From an uncultured virus (IMG/VR IMGVR_UViG_3300008050_000020) (taxonomy: Duplodnaviria > Heunggongvirae > Uroviricota > Caudoviricetes): DNA of 20,000 nt. The stretch's first letter is position 1. Each line of letters starts with the position of its first letter. Positions 17,618 to 20,000 of the stretch are shown piece after piece. The position numbers and the translations under genes were made by a program. The stretch lies in the IMG/VR virus record IMGVR_UViG_3300008050_000020; one strand, given 5' to 3'. The notes under the pieces are model-generated. The model made no database searches. It was not told where the DNA came from and was given only the letters and a program-made list of their open reading frames with translations.

Positions 17618-17878
17618 ATGACAGCTACTCCCACCAAGTTCAAGCGCGGCGATCTCGCAATGTATCTGAATCCCGAGTACCCGGGTCTGATGTGCTTTGA
17701 TCCCGTCAAGATTCGAAAGGTCAAGCGCGGAGTCGCCGGGATCGGAGACTTCTACGAGATTCAGTTCACGAAGGGGAAGAAGCGCTTCACGTTCACCCAT
17801 GCTACCGAACGTCAGCTGTTCACTCCCGAAGAGCAGAAGGCGATGGAGAGCTCTCCTGAGGAGAGTTCCGCTGACTGA
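17618..17878 (+). CDS. Small SH3/KOW-like hypothetical protein
   Basis: KFKRGDLAMY...YEIQF...ATERQL; GAGGA SD. Confidence 0.7.
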   Translation: MTATPTKFKRGDLAMYLNPEYPGLMCFDPVKIRKVKRGVAGIGDFYEIQFTKGKKRFTFTHATERQLFTPEEQKAMESSPEESSAD

Positions 17879-18221
17879 CTTCTCCAAGCTGCAGCTCGTC
17901 AAAGACGTGTGGCGGTATTTGATCTCTCCTGTAGCGGATGCCGCAGGTCTCGTGTTTGTCTTCTTGACAAGTTGCTTGATTCTTGATGCGCTTAGTCTGT
18001 TCGATGTGCACTCATTGGCAGTCGTAACGAGTGCTGTCTGTGGTTTTCTCTATTGGCAAACGAAGTACCATCAAGAGCGAATCAAGCTCTTGACCGAGCA
18101 GATCAATCAGAGCAGAGTCTATCTCGACGAGCCACCGAACGGGTCTCCAGCCTGCTACAGCGAGTCCGCCGAGGATGATAACGTCATTGATGTCGAGATC
18201 GTAGATGATTCGGAAGGGTGA
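17871..18221 (+). CDS. Two-TM membrane protein with acidic tail (start uncertain)
   Basis: 3' part of tracked ORF 17697; candidate starts are CTG 17871 behind GAGGAG and GTG 17907. Confidence 0.6.
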   Translation: MTDFSKLQLVKDVWRYLISPVADAAGLVFVFLTSCLILDALSLFDVHSLAVVTSAVCGFLYWQTKYHQERIKLLTEQINQSRVYLDEPPNGSPACYSESAEDDNVIDVEIVDDSEG

Positions 18222-18444
18222 TAAACTTCGAACCCACCTTGAGGGCAGCTTCACGGTGGTCGGAGCACCTCGAATTTGGGATCGTGACAAGCAATTCATT
18301 CTACAGTCCGACGAGACCGGCGAGCACCGATCGTTGCGATCATCGGAGCTTTTCAATGCGCTGCAAAACAACTACTTTCAACACGACGTAGGGAGATATG
18401 ATGTCTCGAAAGTTTTCGATTGGCTATACCGTCTTAGGGCTTAG
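18205..18444 (+). CDS. Small SH3/KOW-like hypothetical protein
   Basis: MIRKGDKLRTHLEGSFTVVG; overlaps both neighbours. Confidence 0.6.
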   Translation: MIRKGDKLRTHLEGSFTVVGAPRIWDRDKQFILQSDETGEHRSLRSSELFNALQNNYFQHDVGRYDVSKVFDWLYRLRA

Positions 18445-18739
18445 CCTCACTGGATTGCTTGTGAGTCTAGCAGCTGTTGGTCTTAGTGCGGACTCACAAG
18501 ATTATGAGCAGCCGCCAGAGTCAGTAGAGGTGGTGCTGGAGATTCCTGAGAACTCCGGCTGTGGGATTGCAGAGCCCTGGCAGAAGATCTCAACACCGGT
18601 GGACGGCTACAGGTGTTTTTCCTGGGCTCACAAGTCTCATGCGGAGTGGCCGGCTCGACACAAGATCTCGATTACCGCCGGCGTAGCTTGCTTTCCTGAA
18701 GAAGAAGTGGACACAGCTGCGCTGGAAGCATGCAATTAG
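18398..18739 (+). CDS. Small exported or membrane-anchored Cys-containing protein
   Basis: GGGAG SD; N-terminal signal/TM segment; four Cys. Confidence 0.65.
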   Translation: MMSRKFSIGYTVLGLSLTGLLVSLAAVGLSADSQDYEQPPESVEVVLEIPENSGCGIAEPWQKISTPVDGYRCFSWAHKSHAEWPARHKISITAGVACFPEEEVDTAALEACN

Positions 18740-18759
18740 CCTACAGCCTGAGGTATAAT
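18730..18759 (+). promoter_or_regulatory. Class A promoter ATGCAA-N18-TATAAT
   Basis: Motif match; GGAGG SD at 18771. Confidence 0.8.
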
Positions 18760-18782
18760 GTTCTCACCTTGGAGGACTAAGC

Positions 18783-20000
18783 ATGGCTGATACTGCGGAG
18801 CTTCAGAAGCAGGCCCGGATTCGTGAACTTCGCAAGATTGTTCGCCATCACCGGACTTTGTACTACGCGGGCCTTGAGCAGGTCACCGACCTTGCCTTTG
18901 ACGCTTTTGTCGATGAGCTTCGTGACCTTGATCCCAAGGATCCTGTCCTCTTCGAGGTCGGTGCTCCAGCTCCCAAGGATTCCAAGTGGATCAAGGGGCT
19001 TCACAAGATCCCGATGGGCTCGCAGAACAAGGTTAACACCGAGGGTGAACTCAATGAATGGGATGCCAAGGTCGGCGTCGGCGAGTACATCATCGAAGAG
19101 AAGCTTGACGGATTGAGCGTCTCCCTCGACTACGTCGACGGAAAGCTTCTTCAGGCACTCACACGCGGGGACGGCGTCGTGGGTGAGGACATCACGCGGA
19201 ACATCGTCCGAGCACAGGGCGTCAAGAGAGTTCTTGATACTCCCGTCACTTGCTCTCTTCGAGGGGAGGTAATGCTCATTGGGCGTGACTTCGAAAACTA
19301 CAACGCCGAAGCACTCAAGAAGGGTTGGTCAACTGTTACCAACCCCCGTAATGGAGCCTCAGGCCTCTCTCGTCGCTTGGAAGGTACGGGTGCTGAATAT
19401 CTCACTGTCGTTTTCTTCGATGTCGAGGGCATTGAGTTCGAGTCAGAGCAGGAAAAGCTTGTTTGGCTCCACGATCAAGAAATGACGGTTCCATTCATGC
19501 ACGTGGGAAACCTCGATGCAATGAAGAGGGAATTCAACCGGTACGAGAAGACTGCCCGCGAGGCTCTTCCCTACGAAATCGACGGTATGATCCTCAAGGT
19601 CAACAGCAAGGCAGAAGCTGATGCTGTTGAGGCTCGACTGGACTCTGGAAGTCATTCTGACCGGAATCCCAAGTCGCAGGTTGCCTGGAAGTTCGAAGAC
19701 GAGACCCGGACGACGGTTCTCGAAGGAATTGAGTGGCAAACGGGCAAGTCGGGTCGGATTACTCCGGTCGCGCTTCTTCGAGCTGTTCAGATTGGCGGTG
19801 TGACCATCAAGAGGGCATCGCTTCACAATTTGAGCAACATTCAGGAGCTCGGGCTTACCATTGGCTGTACGGTTGTGGTCAAGCGCGCCAACGAGGTTAT
19901 TCCGCAGGTCGTCGAGGCTGTTGATGCCACGCCGTATGCTGTGGACGCTCCTGCTGTTTGTCCTGTCTGCTCAACGGCAACGGAGATGGACGGCGAGTAC
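18783..20000 (+). CDS. ligA: NAD-dependent DNA ligase (3'-truncated by the window)
   Basis: Manual translation from ATG 18783: HRTLYY, HKIPMGSQNK, EEKLDGLS (KxDG), ALTRGDGVVGEDIT, LRGEV, NPRNGASG, YEIDGMILKVN, VAWKF, GRITPVA, RASLHN, RANEVIPQV, CPVC. Confidence 0.97.
   Translation, partial: MADTAELQKQARIRELRKIVRHHRTLYYAGLEQVTDLAFDAFVDELRDLDPKDPVLFEVGAPAPKDSKWIKGLHKIPMGSQNKVNTEGELNEWDAKVGVGEYIIEEKLDGLSVSLDYVDGKLLQALTRGDGVVGEDITRNIVRAQGVKRVLDTPVTCSLRGEVMLIGRDFENYNAEALKKGWSTVTNPRNGASGLSRRLEGTGAEYLTVVFFDVEGIEFESEQEKLVWLHDQEMTVPFMHVGNLDAMKREFNRYEKTAREALPYEIDGMILKVNSKAEADAVEARLDSGSHSDRNPKSQVAWKFEDETRTTVLEGIEWQTGKSGRITPVALLRAVQIGGVTIKRASLHNLSNIQELGLTIGCTVVVKRANEVIPQVVEAVDATPYAVDAPAVCPVCSTATEMDGEY

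Noticed and set aside
18777..19924. Short tracked ORFs in the last 1.2 kb
   Set aside because: All overlap the open ligA frame starting at 18783, which the track missed because it has no stop in the window.

Overview
Gene-dense window that reads as part of a large (jumbo-type) bacteriophage genome. This is an inference: the genes are short and tightly coupled, most are hypothetical, and host-like genes appear without their usual bacterial operons. Two minus-strand genes for exported proteins (a vWA-like lipoprotein and a trypsin-like protease) diverge from a long plus-strand block. That block encodes a 5'-3' exonuclease, GroEL with no adjacent GroES, two metallophosphoesterases, two PD-(D/E)xK-like proteins, Hsp20, a sigma70-family protein, a patatin and an NAD-dependent DNA ligase that runs off the end and is missing from the ORF track. 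The main observation is an apparently split sigma factor. The sigma70 ORF stops before the region 4.2 helix-turn-helix, and the next ORF encodes a region-4.2-like HTH with altered -35-reading residues. About ten promoters in the window share a non-canonical -35 element, (C)RTGYAW-N17/18-TAnnnT. A second motif, ATA(C/G)(T/G)TA, precedes the transcription units whose proteins carry an 'LLRExVxxxLxE' leader, a possible capsid-targeting propeptide. All motif calls were made by eye.
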